Sequence record: DRR378314_434
Strand: one strand, 5' to 3'
DNA: 64,000 bases
The notes beneath the pieces are model-generated. The model was not told where the DNA came from. It was given only the letters and a program-made list of their open reading frames with translations, and searched no databases. The stretch's first letter is position 1; each line of letters starts with the position of its first letter. The position numbers and the translations under genes were made by a program. Shown here one piece after another: positions 1 to 9,273 of this stretch.

Positions 1-1147
1 CTATGTCTTGATTGGGTTCAAGCTCAAACTCGTCTTTTAGCATTTTCGGTAGCACCGGCATATGCTGACTTAGAGTTTCAAATAACGACTTGTAGCCTGT
101 CGCTGAAAGAATATTGAATTCATGCTCTGCTGAAGAGTTCAGTGCCCCAATAATTAAACTGCAGCGTTCTTCTAAAGTTGTTCCAAGTTTGTCCAGTGAG
201 AGCTGCAAATCGTCAATAAGTAACTTCAAACGATCCTTCTTTTCAGTAACGCCTGACTGTTCTCCATGCATATCCTTACTAAGAACCTGACTTACCGATA
301 ATCCCATTTTAAAAACAGTTTCGATTTTCTCATCTCGACTAACACCGCGAATACGCTTGTCATGGTTCTTCAAAATATTCGATAGCTCAGCATCGGCAAA
401 TGTTCTGAGAATTCTTAAAAGGTGTTTATCGGCGAGCTCTTTAGATTGAATGCGGTGTAGCAATGCGACAATTTCATCCGGCACATAAACGGTTTGATGC
501 TTTTTAGAGACAAAGACAATACCGATTTCACGAAGTTGATTCAGACAGTCTGAAACACCCGTTTTAGGAATAGGGTCAATTAAGTGTTCAATGGCAACTC
601 GGTTATCAGCGGTAACATCAAGTTTCTGAGCAAGAACATTTAATATTCCACGCTCTTCATCGGTGATTTTTCCCTCTCGGTTCGAGCGTTCGTCATTATG
701 GAGAGCTTCATACAAACACGCATAGTAAATTCCTAGCCGTTTAGGTTCGTCATAAACTTCTGTTTGTTCAGCCTCAACGAAAACTGTTTTTAAACTTTTA
801 GCCTGAGCATCAATTTGCTTCCATTCTTTTTCATACAACTGCTCTATCCAGGAGACTCGCGCGACACAGTTCCCGTCGCGACTAAGAATATTCACCAAGA
901 GTGCGGCTTGAGCCCCACTGAGTGCTAGTTGCGATTTAACTTCTTTTTGAAATAACGACTGGGCAAGCTTAAATAATTGAGTAACCTCACCACTGGAAGC
1001 ATTTTTAATTTGACCGTCAATATTCTTAAACTGTTTCGCCACCTCTTTGTCGTGCGAACTGGCTTCCGTACATATACGATCAAGAAAATTAATGAACTTA
1101 GACTTTTCAAATTGGTTAACGGTAGATAGGACACTGGAAAGTTTCAT
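1..1147 (-). CDS. Uncharacterised protein, >380 aa, runs off the window start (3'-partial)
   Basis: Read manually: ATG at 1147 after AGGGA, MKLSSVLSTVNQFEKSKFINFLDRICTEAS..., no stop down to position 2; absent from the ORF track because it lacks a stop in the window. Confidence 0.8.
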   Translation of the reverse strand, partial: MKLSSVLSTVNQFEKSKFINFLDRICTEASSHDKEVAKQFKNIDGQIKNASSGEVTQLFKLAQSLFQKEVKSQLALSGAQAALLVNILSRDGNCVARVSWIEQLYEKEWKQIDAQAKSLKTVFVEAEQTEVYDEPKRLGIYYACLYEALHNDERSNREGKITDEERGILNVLAQKLDVTADNRVAIEHLIDPIPKTGVSDCLNQLREIGIVFVSKKHQTVYVPDEIVALLHRIQSKELADKHLLRILRTFADAELSNILKNHDKRIRGVSRDEKIETVFKMGLSVSQVLSKDMHGEQSGVTEKKDRLKLLIDDLQLSLDKLGTTLEERCSLIIGALNSSAEHEFNILSATGYKSLFETLSQHMPVLPKMLKDEFELEPNQDI

Positions 1148-1350
1148 TACATGCCGTTCCCTGGTTAGATTAATTATCAACCAATTAAACTACTCTTTTA
1201 CAACAATAAAGCAACCCAGACATAAAACATTTAAATTGAGCGAGAGCTCTTATTGGATTCAGACCTTACCCAACAATTAAATGAAATGCAGCACCCACGG
1301 CTCTCAGGTAGAATGCCAATTATTATCACCATTGAGTTGTTTATTAATAC

Positions 1351-2466
1351 ATGACTTTTTCTGACCTCGGACTTTGCCCTGAAACCATTGCCGCCCTTAC
1401 ACGCCAAGGTTATACAGAACCAACGCCTATTCAGGAGCAAGCGATTCCGCCGATCCTTGCTGGTAAGGACGTAATGGCTGCGGCACAAACAGGGACGGGT
1501 AAGACCGCGGGCTTTACCTTACCGATTTTAGACATACTCAAAAGTAACGAGCGCGCAAAGGCGAACACGGCGCGCGTGCTTATTTTAACGCCGACTCGCG
1601 AATTAGCGGCTCAGGTGGGTGAAAACGTTGCGAACTTAAGTGCGGGTCTGCCACTGAATTACGTGGTGGCGTTTGGTGGTGTGAAAATTAATCCGCAGAT
1701 GATGAAGCTTCGCAAAGGCGTGGATATTCTGGTCGCAACACCGGGCCGTTTGCTGGACTTATACAAACAAAACGCGGTTCGCTTTCCTAAGCTAGAGGTG
1801 TTGGTACTAGATGAAGCCGACCGTATGCTCGACATGGGCTTTATTCACGACATTAAGAAAATTATTAAGTTATTACCAGCTAAGCGCCAGACACTGATGT
1901 TCTCGGCGACGTTTTCCGACGGCATTCGTACCCTGGCTAAAAGCTTGCTGAAAAGCCCGGTAGAAATTTCCGTAGCACCGCCCAACGCCACTGCCGAGCC
2001 TATTGAGAAAACAGTGTATGAAGTACAAAAAAGCCAAAAGCTGGGGCTGCTATTAAAGCTACTGAAAAGCCTTAACTTACCCCAGGTTCTTCTGTTTTCG
2101 CGCACCAAGCAAGGCGCAAACCGGTTAGTCAAACAGCTGGATAAAGCCGGCTTTCTGGCAGCGGCTATTCACAGCGCGAAAAGCCAGGGCTCCCGCACCA
2201 AAGCATTAACTGACTTTAAAAGCGGCAAAGTGCAGGTGCTTGTCGCCACCGATATCGCATCACGCGGCATCGACATTGAAAAGCTGCCGTACGTGATCAA
2301 CTACGACCTCCCCCACGTTGCGGAAGACTACATACACCGTATTGGTCGCACTGGCCGCGCAAGCCAAACCGGTCATGCTATATCGTTGGTAACGGACGAG
2401 GACGCTGAAGCGCTGAAGGCCATTGAGGATCTTATAGGGGAGCGGATTGAGCAGCTCGAGCTGTAA
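1351..2466 (+). CDS. rhlE: DEAD-box RNA helicase, RhlE-like (short C-terminus)
   Basis: Q motif PTPIQ, AQTGTGKT, PTRELA, DEAD, SAT, HRIGRTGR. Confidence 0.85.
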   Translation: MTFSDLGLCPETIAALTRQGYTEPTPIQEQAIPPILAGKDVMAAAQTGTGKTAGFTLPILDILKSNERAKANTARVLILTPTRELAAQVGENVANLSAGLPLNYVVAFGGVKINPQMMKLRKGVDILVATPGRLLDLYKQNAVRFPKLEVLVLDEADRMLDMGFIHDIKKIIKLLPAKRQTLMFSATFSDGIRTLAKSLLKSPVEISVAPPNATAEPIEKTVYEVQKSQKLGLLLKLLKSLNLPQVLLFSRTKQGANRLVKQLDKAGFLAAAIHSAKSQGSRTKALTDFKSGKVQVLVATDIASRGIDIEKLPYVINYDLPHVAEDYIHRIGRTGRASQTGHAISLVTDEDAEALKAIEDLIGERIEQLEL

Positions 2467-2509
2467 GGCTTTGCCGACGTCGAACTTAACGGAACGACGC
2501 CGGCTCAGA

Positions 2510-3502
2510 CTAAAGACCAGCGCGGATAGTTTTGCTACTTAACTCATGAGCATGATCTAAAGCATCAATAGCCGGTACTTCAATATTCGGAATAATTCCC
2601 GTCCTCTCCCAGTTTTTTTCAGTCGCCGTTATTATCGGTCTAAATAGTGAAATACGAAACGCAAGCGTGTCGGTAATTCGGCGTACTCCGACATAAAAAC
2701 CGGCACTGGCGGTGGTGTCACCAACCAACACGGCCTTTGAATTAGCCTGTAAAACACCGGCGAAAATTTCAGAAGCACTGGCTGTGTTGCGGCTGGTTAA
2801 TACCCAAACTGGAAATTCACCGCGAAAACCTTTGTGAGCTACGGTTTTGGATGCTGAAATCTCTGCGGTCCTCTCGCTCTTAGAATTAAGCACATACCAA
2901 AGGGGTGTTTCGTCGGGCAAAAAATAGCTCAACATGTACTGAACTAAATCGGGCGAACCGCCAACGGTATCTCGCAAATCAATGATGATGCCGTCACTCT
3001 GCTCCAGAAAGTTAAAAGCTGCGTCAACGGCGTCCCTGGCCTGCTTGTCCGGCGAAAACTTATTAAACTTCAAATAGCCAATGTTACCGCTCAGGTAACG
3101 CACTTCCTCTAACCCATAGTTATTGGTTAACTTCCCTTCTTTATGGGTCAATATATGGGTAATTTCTTCGTCTGGGTTAACGGTATACAAACTTAGATGG
3201 TTATCGCCCGTAACTGCTCGTAAATCTTGTCCCAATACGTGCGCGAAGTCATCAAGAGACGTCAGCGAATCGTACTGTCCCAACTCTAGCTTGTTTAGAA
3301 ATAACGCCCTTAACTCGGGAACCACTTCCGGTTCTATGTAATTGGCCTGCATAACATCGAACGTTTTAGTCATCAGCTGACGAACATGTTTTGGCGACAG
3401 GTTGTTCTCATCTGCCTGAGAAATTTCCGAATTCGACAGTAGAGAAATAAGCAAAAGTAGCAGAGCAATAAGTCTGCAAGGTTTCAGTAAAATACTTTTC
3501 AT
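2510..3502 (-). CDS. Secreted S41-family peptidase
   Basis: Signal peptide; IGYLKFNKF, IIDLRDTVGGS, TASASE, GIIPNIEV motifs; start set at ATG 3502, 6 nt after SD AAAGGT. Confidence 0.85.
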   Translation of the reverse strand: MKSILLKPCRLIALLLLLISLLSNSEISQADENNLSPKHVRQLMTKTFDVMQANYIEPEVVPELRALFLNKLELGQYDSLTSLDDFAHVLGQDLRAVTGDNHLSLYTVNPDEEITHILTHKEGKLTNNYGLEEVRYLSGNIGYLKFNKFSPDKQARDAVDAAFNFLEQSDGIIIDLRDTVGGSPDLVQYMLSYFLPDETPLWYVLNSKSERTAEISASKTVAHKGFRGEFPVWVLTSRNTASASEIFAGVLQANSKAVLVGDTTASAGFYVGVRRITDTLAFRISLFRPIITATEKNWERTGIIPNIEVPAIDALDHAHELSSKTIRAGL

Positions 3503-3508
3503 AAGTTT

Positions 3509-3593
3509 ACCTTTAAAATCCATTAGTAAGGGCTGGCTTCAACCAGTCCAGTTTTCGTTATTCGTTTAGGAACTAATGAATTCAGATAAAGGC
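3509..3593 (-). promoter_or_regulatory. Predicted mRNA hairpin sequestering the SD of the S41 peptidase gene
   Basis: mRNA arm GCCUUUA-UCU-GAAUUCAUUAGU (3593-3572) pairs with ACUAAUGGAUUU-UAAAGGU (3527-3509): 19 bp including 3 G:U pairs, with a 3-nt bulge. Confidence 0.7.
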
Positions 3594-3986
3594 GTTTTTT
3601 ATTTTGAATTGCATGCCAACGTCTTTCCACCCGGATAGATGAAAACGACTTGATGGCTTTATTAAAAACCAATCAGTAAGAATAGGTTCGGTGAGCAAAT
3701 AAATATTAGCAACGGCAACGCTGAACTTAGTTTCATCAACACGCTCAAACTGCCAGTTTGGCGACTGTTTATGGTGTTCAAATTGACTCGCGCTTGAGTA
3801 TGGTGAAGCCGAGACAGCAGTGTTGTCATATACCTGGGACGTAATAGACTTATCGGCTACAACGAACTGAGTATTTGTAGTCGAGTCAGGGTTACTGAAA
3901 AACAGCCAGCAGAACACGCACAGCATTATCGCCGTAATTGTGATTTTTGCAGTCTGAAAGGCTTGTTTTTTGGCCGCATCAACCAT
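3582..3986 (-). CDS. Putative VemP-like exported leader / translation-arrest peptide
   Basis: N-terminal basic plus hydrophobic segment; C-terminus FHLSGWKDVGMQFKIKNAFI aligns without gaps to the VemP arrest segment HRIxGWKETNAMYVALNSQF; TAATG-coupled to the upstream gene. Confidence 0.65.
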   Translation of the reverse strand: MVDAAKKQAFQTAKITITAIMLCVFCWLFFSNPDSTTNTQFVVADKSITSQVYDNTAVSASPYSSASQFEHHKQSPNWQFERVDETKFSVAVANIYLLTEPILTDWFLIKPSSRFHLSGWKDVGMQFKIKNAFI

Positions 3987-4720
3987 TAACGTTTCTCACA
4001 CCCCCGTCCTTTCACATAGCTCTCCACAGCGCTGTTAATTTCGTCTTTAAGCCACGCAGGTCCGTAGTCCGTCATATCGTTATGCCGGGATTCTGGTATT
4101 TTCTTAACGCATATACCGTATTTCTCACTCTCTTGCTGTGACGGCAACACCCCGTCGTCTGCAGGGTAATCGCTGCCGCGAATTGAGAGCACACCAATAT
4201 CCTTATTGCGGGGAAGAGGAACGCGCCGGTGGTCAATCGTAATAACAGTTTCTATGTAATCCTTGCTTTCATTCGCAAGCCAGGACGAGATATCGCCGCC
4301 GTTTGAGTGGCCAATCAGCAGCAAGTCATTAAAATTGTATTTCGGGTAAGTTGGCTCGAGGTTGTGCTTAACGAAATCCAGCGTTTTAGCGCCCCTGCTC
4401 CAATTTTCGCTTCTGGTTTCATAAAGATCACCCGATACAGACAGCGCAGGATCGCTCTCTAGCTCATGGCCAATAGCCACAACCATATAACCCAACTGGT
4501 TTAGCTGCTTAGATAAAAAACTGTACTTGGTATGCGAAACTCCGTAACCAGCACTAAGAAAAGCTACCGAACATTTTTGAGCTTCACTACACTGTTCTTC
4601 AGAAGTGGGATACGAGATTTGTATAGGAATATTTCTGTCTCTGAACTCATCGTAAATCGTGTTGTTGGCAAAGCTAAATGAGCTGAACAATAAGCCTGCG
4701 AGTAATATGAGGAATCTCAA
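3986..4720 (-). CDS. Secreted alpha/beta hydrolase
   Basis: Signal peptide, GHSNGG nucleophile elbow, C-terminal His (SRHND). Confidence 0.8.
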   Translation of the reverse strand: MRFLILLAGLLFSSFSFANNTIYDEFRDRNIPIQISYPTSEEQCSEAQKCSVAFLSAGYGVSHTKYSFLSKQLNQLGYMVVAIGHELESDPALSVSGDLYETRSENWSRGAKTLDFVKHNLEPTYPKYNFNDLLLIGHSNGGDISSWLANESKDYIETVITIDHRRVPLPRNKDIGVLSIRGSDYPADDGVLPSQQESEKYGICVKKIPESRHNDMTDYGPAWLKDEINSAVESYVKGRGCEKR

Positions 4721-4827
4721 ATTATAGTCCTTTACGATTTGATTTCGAGTTCTCTAACTGTACTACGATTTAAAATCTATGTCTGCTTATCGCAGGGACG
4801 CTGCTCCCGGAAACATAGACGTTACAC

Positions 4828-5634
4828 TTATAATTTGCCTAAAAGCTTAATCAATTCATGCAGCACAAGTTCAGGCTCATCGATCTGAACAAAATGGCCG
4901 CTATTCTCTGTTAGGACAGCTTCACCTTGTGGGAACTGATTCACCCACTCGCTTTGATATTGTCCCCACAGTTCACGACCTCGCGCCGTCTCAAACGCAT
5001 TTGACGGTTGTTCTGCCACCTTAACACCTGCTATCAAGGTGACAGGTATATCACCAATCTCTGAAAAACCTACAGCCTCAGATTTATCCCAAATCACATC
5101 CAAAAAGCACCATTTCCCCTCGCCCATCGCGTAATCGTTCTTTTTAATTGCATCGATTTCATCCTGGCCACCTGAGGGATTTAGCTCTGTGACGATATCA
5201 ACATCGCGAGGGTTTGCAGGATCAATCATAAGTAATGCCGCAACGTCGCCCTTATATTTAGCAGCAAAGTTTCTCGCTGTTACTCCACCAAGAGAATGAC
5301 TCACATAAACGAAAGGTCTGTCTATATTCAACTTGGTAAGCAACTGGTCAACTTCATTCACGTAGTCTGAAATATTCCGCTGTCCTGTGCAGGGGTCGGA
5401 GTTACCCTCACCCAGCCGGGAAAACCTTATGCCGGTTATTTCCTCTGGCAAATCACTCCAAATTGAGTCCCAGCCTGCCATTCCGGACAACGCGCCCGCA
5501 TCAAACAGAACAACTGTGTCACCACCTGCTTTTATCTCATACTCGATACGACCGCCATCCACTTCTATCATGGATGATGCACCTGCCTGAGCGCTTAGAA
5601 AGATAAAAAGAAAAAGACTTATTAGTTTTTGCAC
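4828..5634 (-). CDS. Secreted alpha/beta hydrolase
   Basis: Signal peptide (AQA/GA), SHSLGG, SGHFVQIDEPE. Confidence 0.8.
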   Translation of the reverse strand: MQKLISLFLFIFLSAQAGASSMIEVDGGRIEYEIKAGGDTVVLFDAGALSGMAGWDSIWSDLPEEITGIRFSRLGEGNSDPCTGQRNISDYVNEVDQLLTKLNIDRPFVYVSHSLGGVTARNFAAKYKGDVAALLMIDPANPRDVDIVTELNPSGGQDEIDAIKKNDYAMGEGKWCFLDVIWDKSEAVGFSEIGDIPVTLIAGVKVAEQPSNAFETARGRELWGQYQSEWVNQFPQGEAVLTENSGHFVQIDEPELVLHELIKLLGKL

Positions 5635-5654
5635 CGTGTTTCCTTACTATAGAG

Positions 5655-5702
5655 TGCTAATGCCGCACTCACGGGATTGTCATATGCAGCGCTTGGTTAA
5701 GC
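5655..5702 (-). repeat. Degenerate integron attC-like site
   Basis: Minus strand GCTTAAC-CAAGC-GCTGCAT...GTGAGT-GCGGC-ATTAGCA; R'' contains the upstream gene's stop; L boxes pair with one extra base; R' has ATT instead of GTT. Confidence 0.4.
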
Positions 5703-6245
5703 ACTTTTCACCGTTAGTTTCTGCCAAATTTCCAACCATTTTTTTTCAGCTATGCGCTTTCTAAAATCGACTGGCTTGGGCCTCTTGTTATTCAGCGTAA
5801 TGGAGTAATTAAATAAAGGCTCGACGCCAAAAGGGGCGACAATGACTATCTCCCCATTATCATCTAACCTAGCTCCAACAGCTGTTTCAACTTCAATCCA
5901 GTAACTCATAGCGTTTGAAGCTGACGTATATGGTTTATCCGAGTTTCGCTCATGCATTCTCGCTTGATTTTTTACCGACCAGGGAAAATCAGAGATGCCG
6001 TTGAGCTTATTTTCTATACCTCGATCTCTAGCCTTGGCGATATCTTTCGGATCGAAGTAGATTAAATCTATATCGTTAAGCGGCGTTGCAGATGAAAAAC
6101 TATGCATCTTGTCCCAGGCGAGGTTGCGGACAAAGCCTGCAGCAAGACACCAGTCGGGCAGACGCTGTTCAGCAGCCAAATAAAGTGCCTTCATGCGTTC
6201 CGAGTCTTCTTTTATCCATTTTTTGAGCTGTTCTTCGTAGTCCAT
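5697..6245 (-). CDS. Nucleotidyltransferase family protein (DUF925/NTP_transf_6-like)
   Basis: LAAGFVRNLAWD, DIDLIYFD, WSVKNQARMH, ETAVG, APFG motifs; start moved to ATG 6245. Confidence 0.85.
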   Translation of the reverse strand: MDYEEQLKKWIKEDSERMKALYLAAEQRLPDWCLAAGFVRNLAWDKMHSFSSATPLNDIDLIYFDPKDIAKARDRGIENKLNGISDFPWSVKNQARMHERNSDKPYTSASNAMSYWIEVETAVGARLDDNGEIVIVAPFGVEPLFNYSITLNNKRPKPVDFRKRIAEKKWLEIWQKLTVKSA

Positions 6246-6495
6246 TGGGTGCCTGATATTTATACAGTGTGCATACGTACTTAGTAACTCGACCAATTAC
6301 TGACGACATTCTGCAACGCACCGATAACGCTAATTTTAATTTCGTTATGTAACTGACATTAAACGAATGAAAACCGCAATTCAAACACATACCCACGAAC
6401 GGCTTCCCAGTACCAACTCTTAATACACCTTGCTCAACTACTAGCCCAAGCTCCTGTTAAAAAAATACGGTTGCCGTTGCAGGCTAGTTTACCGT

Positions 6496-7446
6496 TTATT
6501 CTGCCTTAGGTTCTCCCGTTATCCAGGCGTTTATCTCTTTATACATTAGACCTTGCGAAAACGGTAAACCGTGGTAATCATCATAAATAACCAGCTTATG
6601 GGGATGACTAATATCGGATAACTTATCCGCTAAGATCTTTGCTTGCTCCACCGAAACCCTTTCATCCTTGGCTCCGTGAAGTATGAGGATAGGTAATTCA
6701 TCAGGCAGCTCATCTAACCAATAAACTACTGAGCGCTTCCTTAATTCCGACTCTTTGTTACTCGTGAAACTGGGGACTCTATAATCGAAGACCTTTTCCA
6801 TTTCAGGCCTTTCTTCAATTGTTTTGAATAAATCCGAGGGGGCACCAAGAACCGTCAATGATTTTATATTGCTCAGTTCTTTTAGTGATATAAAAGCCGA
6901 CATTGCTCCCCGACTAAACCCAACCATATGAATTTGGTTTTCATCTACGTATGGTAACTGAGAGGCTAGCCGAACAATATTAATAACGTCTTTCACATCG
7001 CTTCCGCCAAACTCATCAACACTCTCGCCCGGTCCATCAGTTAACTCCATTCCACCTCTGTATTGAGTGGCTAAAACAGCAACTCCCATTTCTGCTATAG
7101 GTTTCAAATGCAGGAAAATACTGGAGTAGTTTAGAGACCCAAAGCGGCCATTACCTCCCCGATTGAAAATGACCACGGGAACTTTCTCGTCGTTCTCGAT
7201 TTTCGGAGTTAACAGTATTCCGCCAACAGGATACTGGCCGCTTTGGTAGACAATGACCTTACAGGTAAAATTAGCTTTTAAATCCAGGAACTCTTTTTTG
7301 TTTATTCTTGAGTGCTTGGCCTCTTCATAAGTATCCCCGAGGCACTTTTTTTCTCTAAGAATATCGCCAGATTCATTCGCCAATGAGCTGTCTGAAAATA
7401 TTAACGGAATAAATATTAAAGCTAATTTTGTGATGTTCCCTATCAT
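6496..7446 (-). CDS. Secreted S9/prolyl-oligopeptidase-family hydrolase
   Basis: Signal peptide, FNRGGN, GFSRG, LHGAKDERV, terminal His. Confidence 0.8.
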   Translation of the reverse strand: MIGNITKLALIFIPLIFSDSSLANESGDILREKKCLGDTYEEAKHSRINKKEFLDLKANFTCKVIVYQSGQYPVGGILLTPKIENDEKVPVVIFNRGGNGRFGSLNYSSIFLHLKPIAEMGVAVLATQYRGGMELTDGPGESVDEFGGSDVKDVINIVRLASQLPYVDENQIHMVGFSRGAMSAFISLKELSNIKSLTVLGAPSDLFKTIEERPEMEKVFDYRVPSFTSNKESELRKRSVVYWLDELPDELPILILHGAKDERVSVEQAKILADKLSDISHPHKLVIYDDYHGLPFSQGLMYKEINAWITGEPKAE

Positions 7447-7635
7447 ATTTCAGTCTCAGATTGCCATAATTAAAGTGTTATTCGCGTGATAGCGATGGAA
7501 TGTTATCTGACTCAAAATATTGTTATTAGTTCTTTTATAACTAACTATATAAATTTATAGCAAATAGCAGCGGTGATGACATCAAGTTCTAATTATTGTT
7601 AAATTAACGATAAAAAGTACAAGGATAGACAAGCT

Positions 7636-7962
7636 ATGAGTAAACGACCGATTTGCCCTGAGTGCAACGAGAGCATGACGTTCCTGCAAAGCTTTAAAAA
7701 CATTAACCCGTGGAACTACAAATGCCCAAACTGTAAAAAGAAAATTGTCGCCCCGAAGCTTTGGAAGAGCATCACAATAGCCTGTTTCATTATGGGCTTC
7801 TGTGCGGGTATATTTGCATCATACAAAGAAGAACAAGGTGCCTGGACGGCTAATACCAGTTGGCTATTCTTCGGCCTCTGTCTTTTGGTATTGATTCCGA
7901 TAACCACCATTATATGGACTCGCCTAAAGTTCAAATCGCTAAGCGACAAATGCGAACAATAG
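7636..7962 (+). CDS. Small zinc-ribbon membrane protein (CxxC-x19-CxxC plus 2 TM)
   Basis: CPEC and CPNC, two hydrophobic helices; SD AAGGA. Confidence 0.65.
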   Translation: MSKRPICPECNESMTFLQSFKNINPWNYKCPNCKKKIVAPKLWKSITIACFIMGFCAGIFASYKEEQGAWTANTSWLFFGLCLLVLIPITTIIWTRLKFKSLSDKCEQ

Positions 7963-8040
7963 ATATTAACCGATAGTTTGGACTTAAATTTGTCATAATA
8001 ATCATATACCTTACAATTTCATTTTAATTTCTGACACAGG

Positions 8041-9042
8041 ATGTTAAGAATGCCCTCCTCTAATTTTACGTTTAGATTAGTACCCGTTTTGTTTTCCATT
8101 ACTTTGTTTGCTGGGTGTGCATCAGCTCCGGACAACACAGTAAATGAACCATCAATCAATTCATCCGCTCCGACCTTAGATGAACCAAGATATGGTCACG
8201 CCGCAGTAACTGATGATGAAAGTATCTATATCATTGGTGGTGCAAATAAAAGCGGATTTCTATCCAGTATAGAAATTATCGATCCTAAAACTAAAGAAAC
8301 GACAGTTCTGCAAGATAAAATAATACCTCGCCGCTATTTAACCGCAGTGTGGGATGGAAAAGAATCGATTTATATATTTGGCGGTATCAGCCAACAGGAC
8401 GGTGGTTTTTGGCAAGAAAAAACAGTAGAAATTTTTAATACGCGCACACAAAAAGTAACAACCACCACACCCATGCGAGTGCCCCGCCGGTTTAACAGCG
8501 CCGTACTATTAAACGATAAAATTTACGTATTGGGCGGCTCTGTTTACTATCCAAAAGCAGTTGAAAGAGGATATGATTTACGCGCTACATCGCTAGTAAC
8601 CGCCTTTGATATAAACACTAAAAAGTGGTCTCGAGTAGCCAACTTACCTGCGGCCAGAAGCACACGAGCATTCACCACTGGCGAGCAAGTTTGTGCTGTA
8701 GGCGGTTACGACGGCTTTCATAAATGGTCTGTATTTGATTGCTACGACCCAACCACCGGAAAATGGCAGTTAATGCCGGATGCCCCCACGGCCATAAGTG
8801 CTCATTCAGTGGCTGTTCACAATGACAAGCTATACGTTTTTGGTGATTACGATAACCTTGATCAGGTCTTGATATACGACTTTTCAGAGAATACCTGGTC
8901 AAATATTAACATCCCCTATCGCGCGAGTCGTCATAACGCCACTGTTGTATTTGGCAACGAAGCATTTGTTATTGGCGGTAATACCGGTGGTTCGGGTCCA
9001 TTCTTAGATGATATTCAGGTGTTTTCATTACCGTTGCAATAA
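8041..9042 (+). CDS. Kelch-repeat lipoprotein
   Basis: Lipobox LFAGC; about six Kelch repeats (IYIIGG, IYIFGG, IYVLGG, CAVGG, LYVFG, FVIGG). Confidence 0.85.
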   Translation: MLRMPSSNFTFRLVPVLFSITLFAGCASAPDNTVNEPSINSSAPTLDEPRYGHAAVTDDESIYIIGGANKSGFLSSIEIIDPKTKETTVLQDKIIPRRYLTAVWDGKESIYIFGGISQQDGGFWQEKTVEIFNTRTQKVTTTTPMRVPRRFNSAVLLNDKIYVLGGSVYYPKAVERGYDLRATSLVTAFDINTKKWSRVANLPAARSTRAFTTGEQVCAVGGYDGFHKWSVFDCYDPTTGKWQLMPDAPTAISAHSVAVHNDKLYVFGDYDNLDQVLIYDFSENTWSNINIPYRASRHNATVVFGNEAFVIGGNTGGSGPFLDDIQVFSLPLQ

Positions 9043-9074
9043 AATTATACTGGTTCGTTAATACTGATTCGTCT

Positions 9075-9112
9075 AAAAAATAAGATCAAAGCTCAAATGA
9101 GCTTTGATCTTA
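9075..9112 (-). terminator. Strong hairpin with U-tract on the minus strand
   Basis: Perfect 14-bp stem taagatcaaagctc-aaat-gagctttgatctta preceded by A6 on the plus strand. Confidence 0.6.
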
Positions 9113-9273
9113 CAGATGTCAGCAATTTTCCAGACAACAGAAAATATCTCTATGACAAATGCAAATTTCCTTACTTAAGCCCTCTTCCCCAAGCCTCTTT
9201 CGTTTTCTAGCAAAACTTTTAACCAGATTTTATCGTACTGCTAAATACATTCAATAATTTGAGGCAGTCATTA

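Noticed and set aside
925-1488. Short ORFs 925-1134, 1047-1280 and 1231-1488
   Set aside because: Shadow frames of the long 1-1147 gene and rhlE
6169-6396. 75-aa minus-strand ORF
   Set aside because: Overlaps the nucleotidyltransferase start, weak start signal and no recognisable motif; at most a remnant
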